The notes beneath the pieces are model-generated. The model ran no database searches. It worked only from the letters and a program-made list of their open reading frames with translations, and was not told the DNA's origin. DNA of 64,000 nt, from assembly GCF_036588685.1 (NCBI RefSeq), contig NC_086375.1, positions 44,020,001-44,084,000 on the forward strand, read 5' to 3'. The position numbers and the translations under genes were made by a program. This document shows, piece by piece, positions 1 through 12,712 of the stretch. Numbering within the stretch: position 1 is the first letter of the stretch; each line of letters opens with the position of its first letter. Origin of the DNA: Mytilus trossulus (Eukaryota).

Positions 1-230
1 GACAAAGCAACACAGACCCCACCTAAAACAAGTGTAATATCAGGCACTCCAGAAGGGTAAGCATATCCTGCTCCACATGTTGCAACTGGTCATGCTGCCC
101 ATGTTATTACAATACAAGTAAATAGTCTAATTCGGTAGGTAAAATTCGCACAGAAGGAACCGGATTGTAGTTACGACATCAGGAACATAACCCATATCAT
201 CTGTGAAACGTATATTCCACAACAGTCAAG
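1..230 (-). mobile_element. Dispersed repeat fragment, probably the 3' end of a Penelope-like retroelement
   Basis: Minus strand reads ...GIYVSQMI followed by gtggagcaggatatgcttacccttctggagtgcctga, a motif I recall from abundant bivalve RT-associated repeats. The probable continuation of the same family occurs at 27110-27285. Confidence 0.4.
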
Positions 231-1060
231 AAACTGCGCACTTTCAAATGGCAGAGCCAAATTAAAGGTAGTGTCAATGACTCGCTAATAATGTTTAAAC
301 TCGCCACATTATTTATGTACCTATCCAAAGTAAGGAGATGGTTATAGTGCTATAACACATTGGGGAATTATTTTATATACATGATATTTTTTTTAATTTT
401 TATTTGTTTGGGTCGAGCGGCAAATGTTTCACCCAATTCAGGACGAGAAAAAATCAACATAACTCTAATAAGTAGGTTCTACAAAGGGGTTGCAATGCGT
501 TGAATTTAGACTGGCACTGCCCTCGGAAACTAAAAGCAGTAAGTTTGCCTTTAAATAGACCACCTCATCCTCGAAAAGTTACAATGGTTCTCTTAAGTGT
601 AAGGAGCCGGCATTTTATGGAGGTCTTTTTACGTAAATCAGATTCAGATAAACTGACGTTTTTCACATTTTAACACCAGCATGCTTATGAAATGTCATGA
701 ATAACTTGCATACTCCAATGAGAAAAGTTGAAATCCTGGAGTGTTATGCTGTAAATAATGAGGGCTTTTCGATTTTCGGAAGTGCTTCAGAATTGCTTTC
801 TATAATTAAAAAAATATTTATTTGCCGATGACATGGAATTTTGTCAATTATTTTTTCAATATTTTTTCCTTTGAATTTTAATATTTTTATATATATATAT
901 ATATATACATGTAGCTCTATAGTTACGACTTCAGAACTTTTTTCCTTTCGACATTTGTCTATCATCTCCGTTAATATTCATAATAAAATTCAACACAATA
1001 TTGGTAATATAACACTCATAAAATATCACTGTAAAAACAAATTTTTTTTTAATTTTGTAG

Positions 1061-3349
1061 AGCTTTAGTCACGCTGAAGATGATACTGAAAGTTTAGAAT
1101 TAAAAGAGAAAAATACAGAAACTCCTAGCCAGAAAAAAGATCCAAATAAACTGGAAAATTATAATGATTTCCGATGTAAGTGTAAAAAAAAACCGTTGTC
1201 TCATATAAGAGTGAGACGAGAAGGTGACTACTTTCATCATTTCGTGGTGTTGGCAATTACTGAAGTATCTGATGGGATAGATGCTGTAACCATCGGACAA
1301 TGCACAGGCTCGGCTAAAAATGGGATTGAGAATTGTAATGGCGACTGTAAATTTGTACAGCATATGTTTTTGATGGAAGAAATCGACAAACAAACACTTA
1401 AACATGCTATTTTAAACTTTACGCAGGGTGTATACTTAGTTAAACAGGAGAACTACCGAAGTACAAGAAAAGACATTGAGAAAGCTTCTAATCGTCTCAG
1501 CGAGAAGATAGGCGAGGGAAAGTATGATGTATCATCAAATAATTGTGAGCATGCAATTAGTTATATTTTAACCAGAAAGAGTGTCAGTGATCAAAAGGAA
1601 AATCATCTAATCAAACTAGAAAATTATGATGATTTTCGACGTAAGTGTAAACCGTTGTCTCATATACAAGTAGAACGAGAAGGTGGCTACTTACACCATT
1701 TCGTGGTGTTGGCAATTTCTGAAGTATCTGATTGGATAGATGCTGTAACCATCGGACAATGCACAGGCTCGTCTAAAACTGGGATTGAGAATTGTAATGG
1801 CGACTGTAAATTTGTACAGCAGACGTTTTTGATGGACGAAATCAAAAAACAAACACTTAAACATGCTATTTTAAACTTTGAGCAGGATGTATTCTTAGTT
1901 AAAAAGGAGAACTATCCAAGTACAGGAAAAGAAATTGCAGAAGCTTCTAATCGTCTCATCGAGAGAATTGGTGAGAGAAAGTATGATATATCATCAAATA
2001 ATTGTGAGCATGCAATTAGATATATTTTAAATGGTCTAGTTAAACTGGAAAATTATGATGATTTCAGACGTAAGTGTAAGTGTAAACCGATGTCTCATTT
2101 ACAAGTGAAACGAAAAGGTGGCTACTTCCACCATTTCGTGGTGTCGTCAATCTCTGAAGTAGATAATGCTATAGATGCTGTCACCATCGGAGAATACACA
2201 AGCTCGGGTGAAATTGGGATGGAAAGTTGTGATGGCATCGGTAAATTTATACAGCAGACGGTCTTTATCGGAGAAAAAGTTACACACAAAAATTTCGACT
2301 TTGTTGAGGGTTTGTATCTAGTTACGAATAAAAACTATCCAAGTGGAGAAAAATTTGAGGAAGCTTTTAATCGTCTAAACAGTAGAATTGGTGAGAGAAA
2401 GTACGAATTATTATCAAACAATTGTGAGCATGTAATTAACCATATTTTTACCGGAGAGAGCGTCAGTGATCAAACAGACGCAGACTCCATCACTTTCTCG
2501 AGGAAATGTTTTAATGATATGTTCAACATTTTGATAATAGATTGTAAAGAAGTAGGATTCAAAACTGCTTTATTAGTAGCTGCCCTTGGTGCAGTTGCTG
2601 GTTCGTTGGTGCGTCGAGCTTATGTAAGGGTAATTATTGCAGCTATTGTCAGCCTTACCGTGGAAAGTAGCATCCTTAAATGCGGAGACAAAAGGGGAAG
2701 TAATTTACGCAAAGAAGCGGATATCAGAATAGACTTGGCTTCTTATTTGCCCGATATCAATGGTGCTTTAAAAAACACAAGTATCGCTATCCTTGAAGAC
2801 GTGAAGAATCACACTGATACAAATTTTGTTTGTAAAATTGCAGAGAAACTTATCTATGAAGCAGCTATGACGACGTGTTTGGCGACTGTTGCTTTCGCCA
2901 CAGGAATAGAAACTATTGTATTTTTGTCTTTCGTATTTAACAATTTAATTTCAAGGAGACGAAATAAAACTTTGGAAGCTAAATATCTATGTCGGATGTT
3001 GTTCCTGCAACTATTTGCAGGATATGGCTCTATAGGAATTGCTGTAGTTTGTGGATATTTCGCATTTTTAGACTTTAATCGTCCTGCATTGTCTTTCTTT
3101 GGAATTGTATTTGGCTGTTGTATTGTATTTCGATATATATTGACTTGTATTGCAGGGATGATTTTTTCCGTCTGCTTTCATAAGTGTTGCTGGGACTGTT
3201 ATAAATCAAGCTGTTGTAAATGTTACGAGGCCAGTTGTCAATGTAGATGCTATAAATGTTATTTCAGCACCGTTTGTTTTATTTTTCTATCTTCAGTAAT
3301 TTTTCTAGTTGGTGCATTTTTAGTTATTATTGTTTTCTGGGATGATTAG
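1061..3349 (+). CDS. LRAT/PLAAT-like (permuted NlpC/P60) membrane protein, copy 1: three tandem catalytic domains + multi-TM Cys-rich tail (large coding exon; first exon lies upstream of window)
   Basis: Acceptor ttttgtag ends at 1060 and the frame is open from 1061 (phase 0) into the 1196..3349 ORF. Three repeats of KLENYxDFR..SH...YxHHFVV...VTIG[Q/Q/E]...RIGERKY...NNCEH (NCEH near 1540, 2000, 2420), followed by about 6 hydrophobic segments and CCWDCYKSSCCKCYEASCQCRCYKC. Confidence 0.85.
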   Translation, partial: SFSHAEDDTESLELKEKNTETPSQKKDPNKLENYNDFRCKCKKKPLSHIRVRREGDYFHHFVVLAITEVSDGIDAVTIGQCTGSAKNGIENCNGDCKFVQHMFLMEEIDKQTLKHAILNFTQGVYLVKQENYRSTRKDIEKASNRLSEKIGEGKYDVSSNNCEHAISYILTRKSVSDQKENHLIKLENYDDFRRKCKPLSHIQVEREGGYLHHFVVLAISEVSDWIDAVTIGQCTGSSKTGIENCNGDCKFVQQTFLMDEIKKQTLKHAILNFEQDVFLVKKENYPSTGKEIAEASNRLIERIGERKYDISSNNCEHAIRYILNGLVKLENYDDFRRKCKCKPMSHLQVKRKGGYFHHFVVSSISEVDNAIDAVTIGEYTSSGEIGMESCDGIGKFIQQTVFIGEKVTHKNFDFVEGLYLVTNKNYPSGEKFEEAFNRLNSRIGERKYELLSNNCEHVINHIFTGESVSDQTDADSITFSRKCFNDMFNILIIDCKEVGFKTALLVAALGAVAGSLVRRAYVRVIIAAIVSLTVESSILKCGDKRGSNLRKEADIRIDLASYLPDINGALKNTSIAILEDVKNHTDTNFVCKIAEKLIYEAAMTTCLATVAFATGIETIVFLSFVFNNLISRRRNKTLEAKYLCRMLFLQLFAGYGSIGIAVVCGYFAFLDFNRPALSFFGIVFGCCIVFRYILTCIAGMIFSVCFHKCCWDCYKSSCCKCYEASCQCRCYKCYFSTVCFIFLSSVIFLVGAFLVIIVFWDD

Positions 3350-4914
3350 TAAAACTGAACAACGGGCTTAGGTCGCTATATGAGGTTTGAAGAAAGGAAG
3401 AGCGATAGGGGTCCAACCTTTTAGGACATAAGCATTGTATTTTAAAAAAAAAAAGATTATTTTGAAATAGATCTTATCAGAATTATTTGAATACAAATAC
3501 ATTTACTGTAAATAATTTTAGGCTTTTGCGTTAGCTAAAACTCGGCTGAATTATTAATCCCTTTTCAATTGATAAAAATATATCTGCAAGTATAGAACCC
3601 GGTAACATTAGACACATAGAAGTAGAATTAATATCTTATAAAAGATCTCCTGTAGTTGGTGATCGAAATACTGGGCTTATGACTTGGAGTGTGTTTGTTT
3701 GAAACCACCTGAATGTTATGTGTTTTATGTCTAAACAATGAAATCCTTGTGGTGAGTAATATGCAACATATTGATTTGTTTTGCAGGAAATTTAACAATT
3801 TGTATAGCGTGTGGTGCTCACTTTCACCGTAATTTCCATGTTTTCTGCAGTTTATGGTCAGGTCTTTATGTTGGGTTTTTTAAGTATACTGATATAACTA
3901 TATGAAGCTAACATCAATAACAAAACTTTTTAGCTTGAAAACGTGTTTCTTTGAAAAAAATCATCTGAAAAATTAGAGTAAAGACTGTTTGAATTTTCCT
4001 GATGTCTTGTCAAAGGGGGATACATATGACATGATAAAACAAACTTGTATATCTGGTTAACAAAAAAAGACATGGAAGTTAAATTAAAATGTGAGCATAC
4101 CAAACATTTAATGAATTTCATAATACTCATTAACTTCTTGAATGATAAACTATTAAACAAATGTTTGTAAAATTTCTAAATTGTATATTATATTGCTGTT
4201 TATATCATTCCTTGCTTTTGTCTCTAAGTGTGTGTAATCTAGATAAAAATGTTCTCTGAAAGTGTTTTTGTTCAACGAGTGCCGAAAAAAGTAAAATAAC
4301 AAAAATACTGAATTGTTAGGAAAATTCAAAACGGAAAGTCAATACTCAAACGGCATGGAAAATATTTATCATATTCCTGACTTAGTACATATATTTCCTT
4401 CTGTAGAAAACAATGAATTAAACCTCTTTTTATAGCTAGCTAGCTAAATCTCTCACTTAGTATTGTATGATAGTGACATATAATTGTATAATATGGACAA
4501 CAAAAGATGGACAAAAGATACCAGAGGGACATTCATTGCATGAGCAAAACAAACAGACGTTATAGAGTGAAAATTGGAGTACAGCAGTTTACACTGTGCT
4601 TTAACCTTAATCTCTATAAAAACAAATAACATTAAAACAAAATTGCATATAGACAATCAATGGGCAAAGTTCATAGGCAAAATGTACGACAGGATTACAA
4701 ACTTGAGCATAGCACAATAAAACAATTGCAAAGTGTATGAATACAACAAATTACCTCAAAAGGATTTAACAGTCAAAATTAAAAATATACAAATACAATA
4801 AACATGACCATGACTATAGCACCTAAGTAAGATGATATATAACGACAGTACCTAGAATCTATACTCCAAGACCATTTCATACGATTTCATAAGTCCATTC
4901 AGTTACAATACTAA

Positions 4915-5220
4915 TATTGAGTTCACACGTAATTCGAATTCGTTCGCATTAACTAATTCGAATTAGTTTAATTCGCATTCGAAACGTTTAAAGTCCTAGC
5001 GTAAATTCTAATTCGAATTGGAATGCGCGTCAAATTCGCTTTACTGTCCTAACGACGTTAGCTTTTAATTCGAATTAACAAAAACGTATTTCTAATGCAA
5101 ATTGGATAATTCGAATTAGCTATTGCGAATCAATTCGAATTAAAAAAGAAGAGTGTGTGAACGCGATTAGCGAATTCGATTCGAATTCAATTCTAATTAA
5201 ACGTACGTGTGAACGAGGCA
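4915..5220. mobile_element. PIF/Harbinger-like MITE (306 bp) with internal aattcgaatt palindromes
   Basis: Imperfect 15-bp TIRs (tattgagttcacacg / cgtgtgaacgaggca) and TAA on both sides. The paralogous site in the duplicate (~13850) is empty, with a single TAA. Confidence 0.8.
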
Positions 5221-7542
5221 TAAATTACATATTTGCCATCGAGTGCGAATATGTCTATTTAAAAAACATAAATTGGAAAAAAACGATCGAACCAAGTTTG
5301 TTTTCACATTCCACAAAAATTGACCCCTATCAATACCAAAGTTTCTATAGTAAATAATATGCGAATAATATTTAATTTCTGATTATTTAAAGGATTGTCT
5401 GGTTCTTTTTAAATTTTAATTGGCATTTAAATCGTTGAAAGAAACAAATTTTGTATGAAGCATGGAAGCTCTTTACAAAGTGAATGCTTGCCTTTAACAA
5501 ATATATAAAGGTACATTTAGTTCTTACTTTACATGTCTTTGCTATTACCTTGGCGTTAAATGAAGTTTTTTTTGTATGCTGCCTAGGCGTTGTTGAAATT
5601 TTGTCATGGAGAAATAATTCATTTTATTGAAAAATTACGTAATATTTGAATGCACTGTAATGGTTGTCTGGCAGTCAAGTTATGATTCTGATGAAACATC
5701 CTTGTGATCCTTTTTTGTTTGTTTTTAATTTGTTTTAATATATATACATTGTAGGCTTCCTTAAAAAATGATTTATTTGTGTTATAAAATGTGACCTAAC
5801 ACAACTTCGATTATTTTTTAAAGAAATCATGAAAGTAAGTGATTTTCAAAAAGGTAGTTTGCTCATTGTTTAAGGCCTTACAGTGACTGATCCTTACCCT
5901 TAAAGCCTAGTGTGATGATAGGTAAATTTTTTAAAATCTTTTTTAGAATTTGAATTTTACACATATACTAGTAGACAAAAATGACTTGCCTAGTGAAATA
6001 GAAAATGTGTGCTTTATTGGACATTCAAATTCAAGGTTGCCTATAACCATGAGTTCTACGAAAATGGTATGTAAGGAATAATATTGAATCCACACATGTG
6101 AATTTAACTTTTCTTATGTTTATAGGTATAAGAAGATGTGGTATGAGTGCCAATGAGACAATTCTCCACCAAAGTCACAATATATAAAAGTAAACCATTA
6201 TAGGTCAAAGTACGGTCTTCATTGCTACATTGTACTTCAATATGTAAATTAAAACTAAATATGTACTATTCTTCCATCCAAACAATGTGATAAACGGTTA
6301 AGGAATATGTAAAGGGAACAATAGAGTTTGTAATGTATTAGTAGAACTGGGTGACAGAAAATTTAACACACAAATAGTCATTCATTTCATCATTGAAATG
6401 TGAGATAATTATACAAAAAAACAAATGTTTTCTGTACATTATATGTAAACCATGATTTGTTATATGTTCATGGTGAAATTCATAAACACAATAAAAATGT
6501 CTGAAATAAAATATATTTGGAGTATTTTTAACTAAAAAAATAAATAGCAGAAAAATCATTTCATGCATACATAACTAGAAATAGAACATAAAAATGGAAT
6601 AAGATTAAACACGTTACAGTGTGTTGAAAATTATGGAAGATATGTACACCTCAGCTTGTAATGGAGGGTTATGCTTATCATTTGTTAAAGGCTGTGGTTT
6701 TGTGTCAGATTGATTATATATATTAAAATATAAAACCTACCGATTTCATGTTTTTTTTATGTGTTTTGCCTTCAAATACTACTGTTTTGTTGTTTGTTCA
6801 AAACAACTGGTACTAGCAGCTAAATTTTCTGTTTTATCTGGAATTAAAAACTGAAAATTTTAAAAAAGAAATGGATTTTTTATTGTATTCAGTTGTTCAT
6901 TCGAAAGTAGTACCTGAACATCGCATACCTAGCAAGTAATTAAACCGTTAACATGATCACTTTCATTTTTTTTAATTAAGGTGCGCGTTCATCTGACAAG
7001 GTTGTTGATATTGAGGTGTATGTACTATAAGACCCGCCTACGTCCACTCTGTTTTTGTTTGATGAATTACTATTTATATCCATCTGACGAGTTGAGCCTT
7101 TTTCAACTGGTTTTTATACATATTTTTCTAAGACGACGAGTTACTCCGATAGATCTGGATTTTAATCAGAACGATGGCAGACAGTAAAACCACGACGTTT
7201 TATAATGCGGTAAGTTGTTTAGTAAATCTATTAGTAAGTGTTTTTAAATAAAGAACAAACAATTACGGAATGTTTTCCTTACATTTTAAATTGCGAAAAT
7301 GTTTTATTATAAAGAAAATCTTTCGTTTCTAGTGTTTGGTTTTGTTGTATTACCAAATACTCCTGCCATACAGAGACTACTATAACACAGTGTTATAGTA
7401 CACAGTGTTATAGTAGTCTCATTGCCATACGATCAAAGTTGACTACACATACATATATAGAGTCTATAAGAATCTACCAACCTGTAAACTTAATAGGTAT
7501 TGGATCATCAAAATTGACAATACTACACAAACAGGAAAAATG

Positions 7543-7696
7543 ATATGAGTCTAAAAGATTGTGTAACAATACCGATAAATAGATGGAAAACAAAACACTA
7601 AAAAGTGTTGAATATCATCTTTGATATTCAACACTTTTTAGTGTTTTGTTTTCCATCTATTTATCGGTATTGTTACACAATCTTTTAGACTCATAT
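7543..7696. repeat. Perfect 75-bp-arm inverted repeat (hairpin) with 4-nt loop, adjacent to (TA)n
   Basis: 7543-7617 is the exact reverse complement of 7622-7696. Confidence 0.9.
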
Positions 7697-9213
7697 ATAT
7701 ATATATATATTTAGACGAGTTGTATATATATATACTATATACATGTATACGAGTCTACGAGTCTAAATTGAAAACTACGTTCAAACCTATGATTGCGTTG
7801 GATAAAAAAGCAATTTTTTTACGTGTGCATGTAAAACAAATTTCGTTGTAGAAGGGTCTAAATACAGCACAAACAACATTTTCCAAAAGACCAAAAAAGT
7901 GAGAAAGTATATTTAAACAAAACGCATTTGACTAACAGGTCGAACAACTGATGTTCTTAAACCCTGCTGACTGCCATTGGCGATTGCCAAATAAAATTGA
8001 TCACGAGATGTAACAAAATGGATCTTAATATAATTTAATACTAAACAGAAAACGATAAACTTGTGGTCAAGATGTTATGCCACAAACACAAGGTGTCAAT
8101 ATTTTTTTTGTACACCACTATATATATATAAATATTATATATATTTATTTATTAATTATGGAATTTTGGTTATATGGTCAAAACGTTATATGTGAAACTT
8201 TTCGTATTATATCGACCCAGGACAAAATCCGACGTGCAATATTATACAGTTACTGTCTTTTGATGAGGTAAATGTGTGGTTTTATTGACTTTTGAAAAAC
8301 TGATATTCACTGAGGCAAACGGCAAAAGTCAATTAAACCACATATTTACCGAAGCAAAAGACAGTAAATGTTTTATTCCATATTCCGAAAGAAATGAATG
8401 TAATGGAAAATATTTACCAAAACTAATTGTACATCAAACGTTTTTTTATCAAAATTATACAAGTAAAAGCACGCGACGTTTTGCGCGGTGAATATCCTTT
8501 TTCTGCAGGTGAATATGCTTATTTATTCAAGATCCAATTCATATAGAAAAACCTACTAATATTTTATCAATATGGAATAATATTCATTTATTTCCCGTGT
8601 CTGAGGGAGATATGAAGATTTGTTCACCCAAGACAAATCTTATTTCACGAGGGCTTTGCCCGAGGAAAATATGATTTTTCGAGGGTTAACAAATCTTCAT
8701 ATCTCCCAAAGCTACGGAGAATGAATGTTTTATTCCACTGCCTTTATATTTTTTTTTACTTCTTGACATAAGCTATTGATTTACATGATTCAGTTTTCAG
8801 AATTCTTATCCGTTTTTTTTTTTTATTACTTAACACATCGTCAACATACACAATACTACTCATTACTGATTAAACATTAATTATTTGTTCTCTTCTGTTT
8901 GTTTTTATATCTTTAAAAACATAATTACTAGTCTATCTCTAAAAAAATTCGTTCAAAACGTTTTAAAACATTAACCGCGGGTAAAAAAAAGCCAATCCCG
9001 ACGTTCAGAGGGGAATATGAAGTTTTGTTCGAAATCACGTGGGATAGTTTCAACCAATCAAATGTTGATTTCGCTATCAAAATCAGCATGCAGTGGAATA
9101 AAATCTAACAGGCCCATATATAATGTATTTACTGAGTGAAATGCCTAAATTTATATATCACACATGTACAAGTGTAAGTTCGAACATGGTATCGATTCGA
9201 TGCTATTATATTC

Positions 9214-9500
9214 GGAAATGATATTGACTCGCTGTTACTATATTTGGAAATGATATTGACCCGATGTCACTATTTTTGGAAATGATATTAAGCCGATGTT
9301 ACTAATTTTGGAAATGATATTGACTCGATGTTACTATATTTGGAAATGATATTGACCCGATGTCACTATTTTTGGAAATGATGTTGACTCGATGTTACTA
9401 TTTTTGGAAATGATATTGACTGCATGTTACTATTTTTGGGAATGATTTTGACTCGATCTTACTATTATTGGAAATGATATTGACTCGATGTAATTATTTT
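9214..9500 (+). repeat. 32-bp minisatellite, ~9 copies
   Basis: Unit ggaaatgatattgactcgatgttactatattt recurs at 9214, 9246, 9278, 9310, 9342 and onward. Confidence 0.9.
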
Positions 9501-12500
9501 AAGTAACATGGAGTCTATATCATTTCTAAAAGTATTTATAGTAACGTCGAGTCAATATGTCAAAATAGTGAGAGAGAGAGAAATACAAAATATATCTTGG
9601 AAAACACGAGTCTAAATAAACCAATGAGAAACAAGAAAAATAAAACCATATGTAATATATTTGACATGACATGTAAATCATAATAAAAGTAATACAAAAC
9701 ATGTGTAGTGCAGTGGTGTATCTAGAAATTTTCATAAGTGGGGGCCCACTGGCTGCCTAAGCAGGGGCCCGCTCCCGTCACGCTTCAGTGATTCCCTATA
9801 TAACCAACCAATTTTCTTTCTTAAAAGCCCCCCCCCCCCCCCCCCCTAAATCCGCCTCTGTAGTCAGAAAATATTTTACATAATCCTGGTACCTTTGATA
9901 ACTATTTACATACTTTGGAATATTATGGTAATTGAAATAAAGCTATTTCAAGCTAAAACAAAACAAAAGATGTAGATTGATGAACCCACGATGCATTTTT
10001 TAACATCCTATATGGGTGTTTCTCGTTGTTAACTCATGCAGTTGTTTACATGTCTGTCCTTTGTTTACGGTTAAACGTTTCGACATCGGCAGTTATATAT
10101 ATATTATTAGACACCAGAATTCCCCATTTTTCGACATTTGCCTATCATTTCTTTTTATATTCATAAGGTATTTGAAGGCAAGATTGGAATTTTAACACTC
10201 ATCAAAATTCAAGTGATAATTTCGTTTTTTAATTTTGTAGATCTGTTCTCAAGTTGAAGATGACACTATCGAACTGAAAAATTATGATGATTTCCGATGT
10301 AAGTGTAAACCGTTGTCTCATATAAAAGTGGAACTAAAACGAGAAAGTGGCGACTTCCACCATTTCGTGGTGTTTGCCATCGCTGAAGTATCAGACGGGA
10401 TAGACGCTGTCACCATTGGACACTACACACATCCGGCTGAAATTGGGATGGAGAGTTGGGAAATATCGCTAAATTTGTACAGCACACTTTCTTGATATAA
10501 AGGAAAATGACAAACATACACGTATACATGTTATTTTAGACTTTGAACAGGGTGTGTACTTAGTTAAACATGAGAACTGTCTAAGTACAACAAAATAAAT
10601 TGAAGAAGCTTTTAATCGTCTTAGCGAGAGAATTGGGTAGAATGATATATTGACAGACAATTGTGAGCATGCAATAAGCTGTATGTTAACCAGAAAGAAT
10701 ATCAGGGCTCAAGAGGTAAATACCGAAAATTCTAGCCAAGAAGAAGATAAAAATAAACTTAAAAATTATGATGATTTCCGACTTCAGTGAAAACCGTTGT
10801 GTCATATAAAAGTGAAACGAAAAAGTGCCTGTCGTAATTATTATCATCATTTCGTGGTGTTGGCAATCTCTAAAGAAACTAACGGGATAGACGCTGTCAC
10901 CATCGGACAATACACAATCTCGCCTGTAATCGCGTTGGCAACTTGTGAAGGCATCGGTAAATTTGTACAGCAGACGTTCTTTATGGCAGTAAAGGACAAA
11001 GATACAGAAACAAACGACAAAGATACACGTACACATGCTATTTTAGACTTTAAGAACGGTGTATTCTTCGTTAACCCGGAGAAACATCCAAATCAAACGT
11101 GCGAAATCGAGAAAGCTTTTAATCGTCTCAGCGAGAGAATTGGAGAGAGAAAGTATGATTTAATATCGAACAATTGTGAACATGTTATTAACCAAATATT
11201 AACCGGAAAAAGTGTCAGCAATCAAATAGACTCTGAAACTGGCTGCAATACATGTTTTGAAGATTCTGGCAGTCATCAAACAGACTCTAAAGCTGGCTCC
11301 TATACATGTTTTAATGATTTGTTCAACAGTTTTAAAATAGACTATAAACAGGTAGGGCTTAAAACAGCTTTGTTAGTAGCTGCCCTCGGTGCCAATGCTG
11401 TTTCGTTGGTGCGTAGAGCTTATGTAAGTAATTATTGGTGCTATTGTTAGCCTTACCGTCGAAAGTAGCATTATCAAATGTGGGGACAAAAGGGGAAGTA
11501 ATTTACGCAACGAAGCGAGCATCAGAATAGACTTAGCTGCTCATTTGCCCGATATCAATGATGCTTTTAAAAACACAAGTATTGCTATCCTTGACGACAT
11601 GAAGAATCACACTGATACGAATTTTGTTTGTAAGATTGCAGAGAAACTTATTTATGAAGCAGCATTGACGACGTGTTTGGTAACTATTGCTACGCTACAG
11701 GAATAGAAACTATATTATTCTTGTCTTTTGTATTTAACAATCTAATTCCAAGGAGACGGAAGAAAACATTGGACGATGAACAGCTATGTCGGATGTTGTT
11801 CAACTTTTTGCAGGATATGGCTCTATAGGAATTGCTGCAGTTTGTGGATATTTCGCATTTTTAGACTTTAATCGTCCTGCGTTATCTTTCTTTGGAATTG
11901 TATTTGGCTGTTGTATTGTTTTTCGATATATATTGACTTGTATTGCAGGGATGATTTTTAACGTCTGCTGTTGTGATGGCTGCTGGAACTGTTATAAATC
12001 AAGCTGTTGTAAATGTTACAAAGCCAGTTGTCAGTATGAATGCTATAAATGTTATTTCAGCACCATTTGTTTTATTTTTCTATCTTCAGTAATTTTTCTA
12101 GTTGGTGCATGTTTAGTTGTTATTGTTTTCTGGGATGAATAGTAAAGCTGAACAACGGGTTTAGGTCGCTATGTGAGGGCTGAAGAAAGGAAGAGCGATA
12201 GGGGTTTAACGTTTTAGAACATAAGCATTGTATTTAAAAAAAGAACGATTATTTTGAAATAGAACTTATCAGAATTATTTGAATACAATACATTTACTGT
12301 AAATAATTTTAGGCTTTTGCGTTAGCTCAAACTCGTCTGACATATTAATCCCTTTTCAATTGATAAAAAGATATCTGCAAGTATAGGACCCGGAAACATT
12401 AGACACATAGAAGTAAAATTAATATCTTATAAAAGATCTCCTGTAGTTGCTGATCGCAATACTGGGCTTATGACTTGGAGTGTGTTTGGTTGAAACCACC

Positions 12501-12521
12501 TTAATGTTATGTGTTTTATGT

Positions 12522-12712
12522 TTTTATCCCAGGCATAGATAACCTTAGCCGTATTTGGCACAACTTTTTGGACTTTTGGATCCTCAATGCTCTTCAACTT
12601 TTTACTTGTTTGGCTTTATAAATATTTTGATATGAGCGTCACTGCTGAGTCTTATGTAGACGAAACGCGCGTCTGGCGTACTAAATTATAATCCTGGTAC
12701 CTTTGATAACTG
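12522..12712 (+). mobile_element. 5'-truncated hammerhead-ribozyme-bearing retro-element insertion (Penelope-like/retrozyme type)
   Basis: 191-bp insert flanked by TTATGT duplication (12516-12521 / 12713-12718), absent at the paralogous site near 3725. Contains an HHR motif at 12634-12680 with core CTGCTGA (A-to-C change). Confidence 0.8.

Larger units (their letters stand above)
7174..12142 (+). pseudogene. LRAT/PLAAT-like copy 2, two-domain pseudogene (exon 7174-7209 MADSKTTTFYNA; exon 10241-12142)
   Basis: ATG...GCG|gtaagt phase-0 donor at 7209/7210 and ttttgtag acceptor at 10240 join in frame. Relative to copy 1 there are frameshifts near 10460, 11428, 11695 and 11800 and an in-frame TAA near 10596. 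ORF fragments 10313, 10797 and 11786 are pieces of the same protein. Confidence 0.85.

Noticed and set aside
1100-1405. Antisense ORFs overlapping real genes (also 10686, 21547, 22113, 25391-26065, 28140, 29004, 40598-42194, 47990)
   Set aside because: Shadow frames of longer coding sequences, with no independent motifs.
7082-7110. CTGACGA hammerhead-like core (also ~15982)
   Set aside because: No downstream GAAA/NUH arrangement or closing stems; it is the end of a different dispersed repeat.
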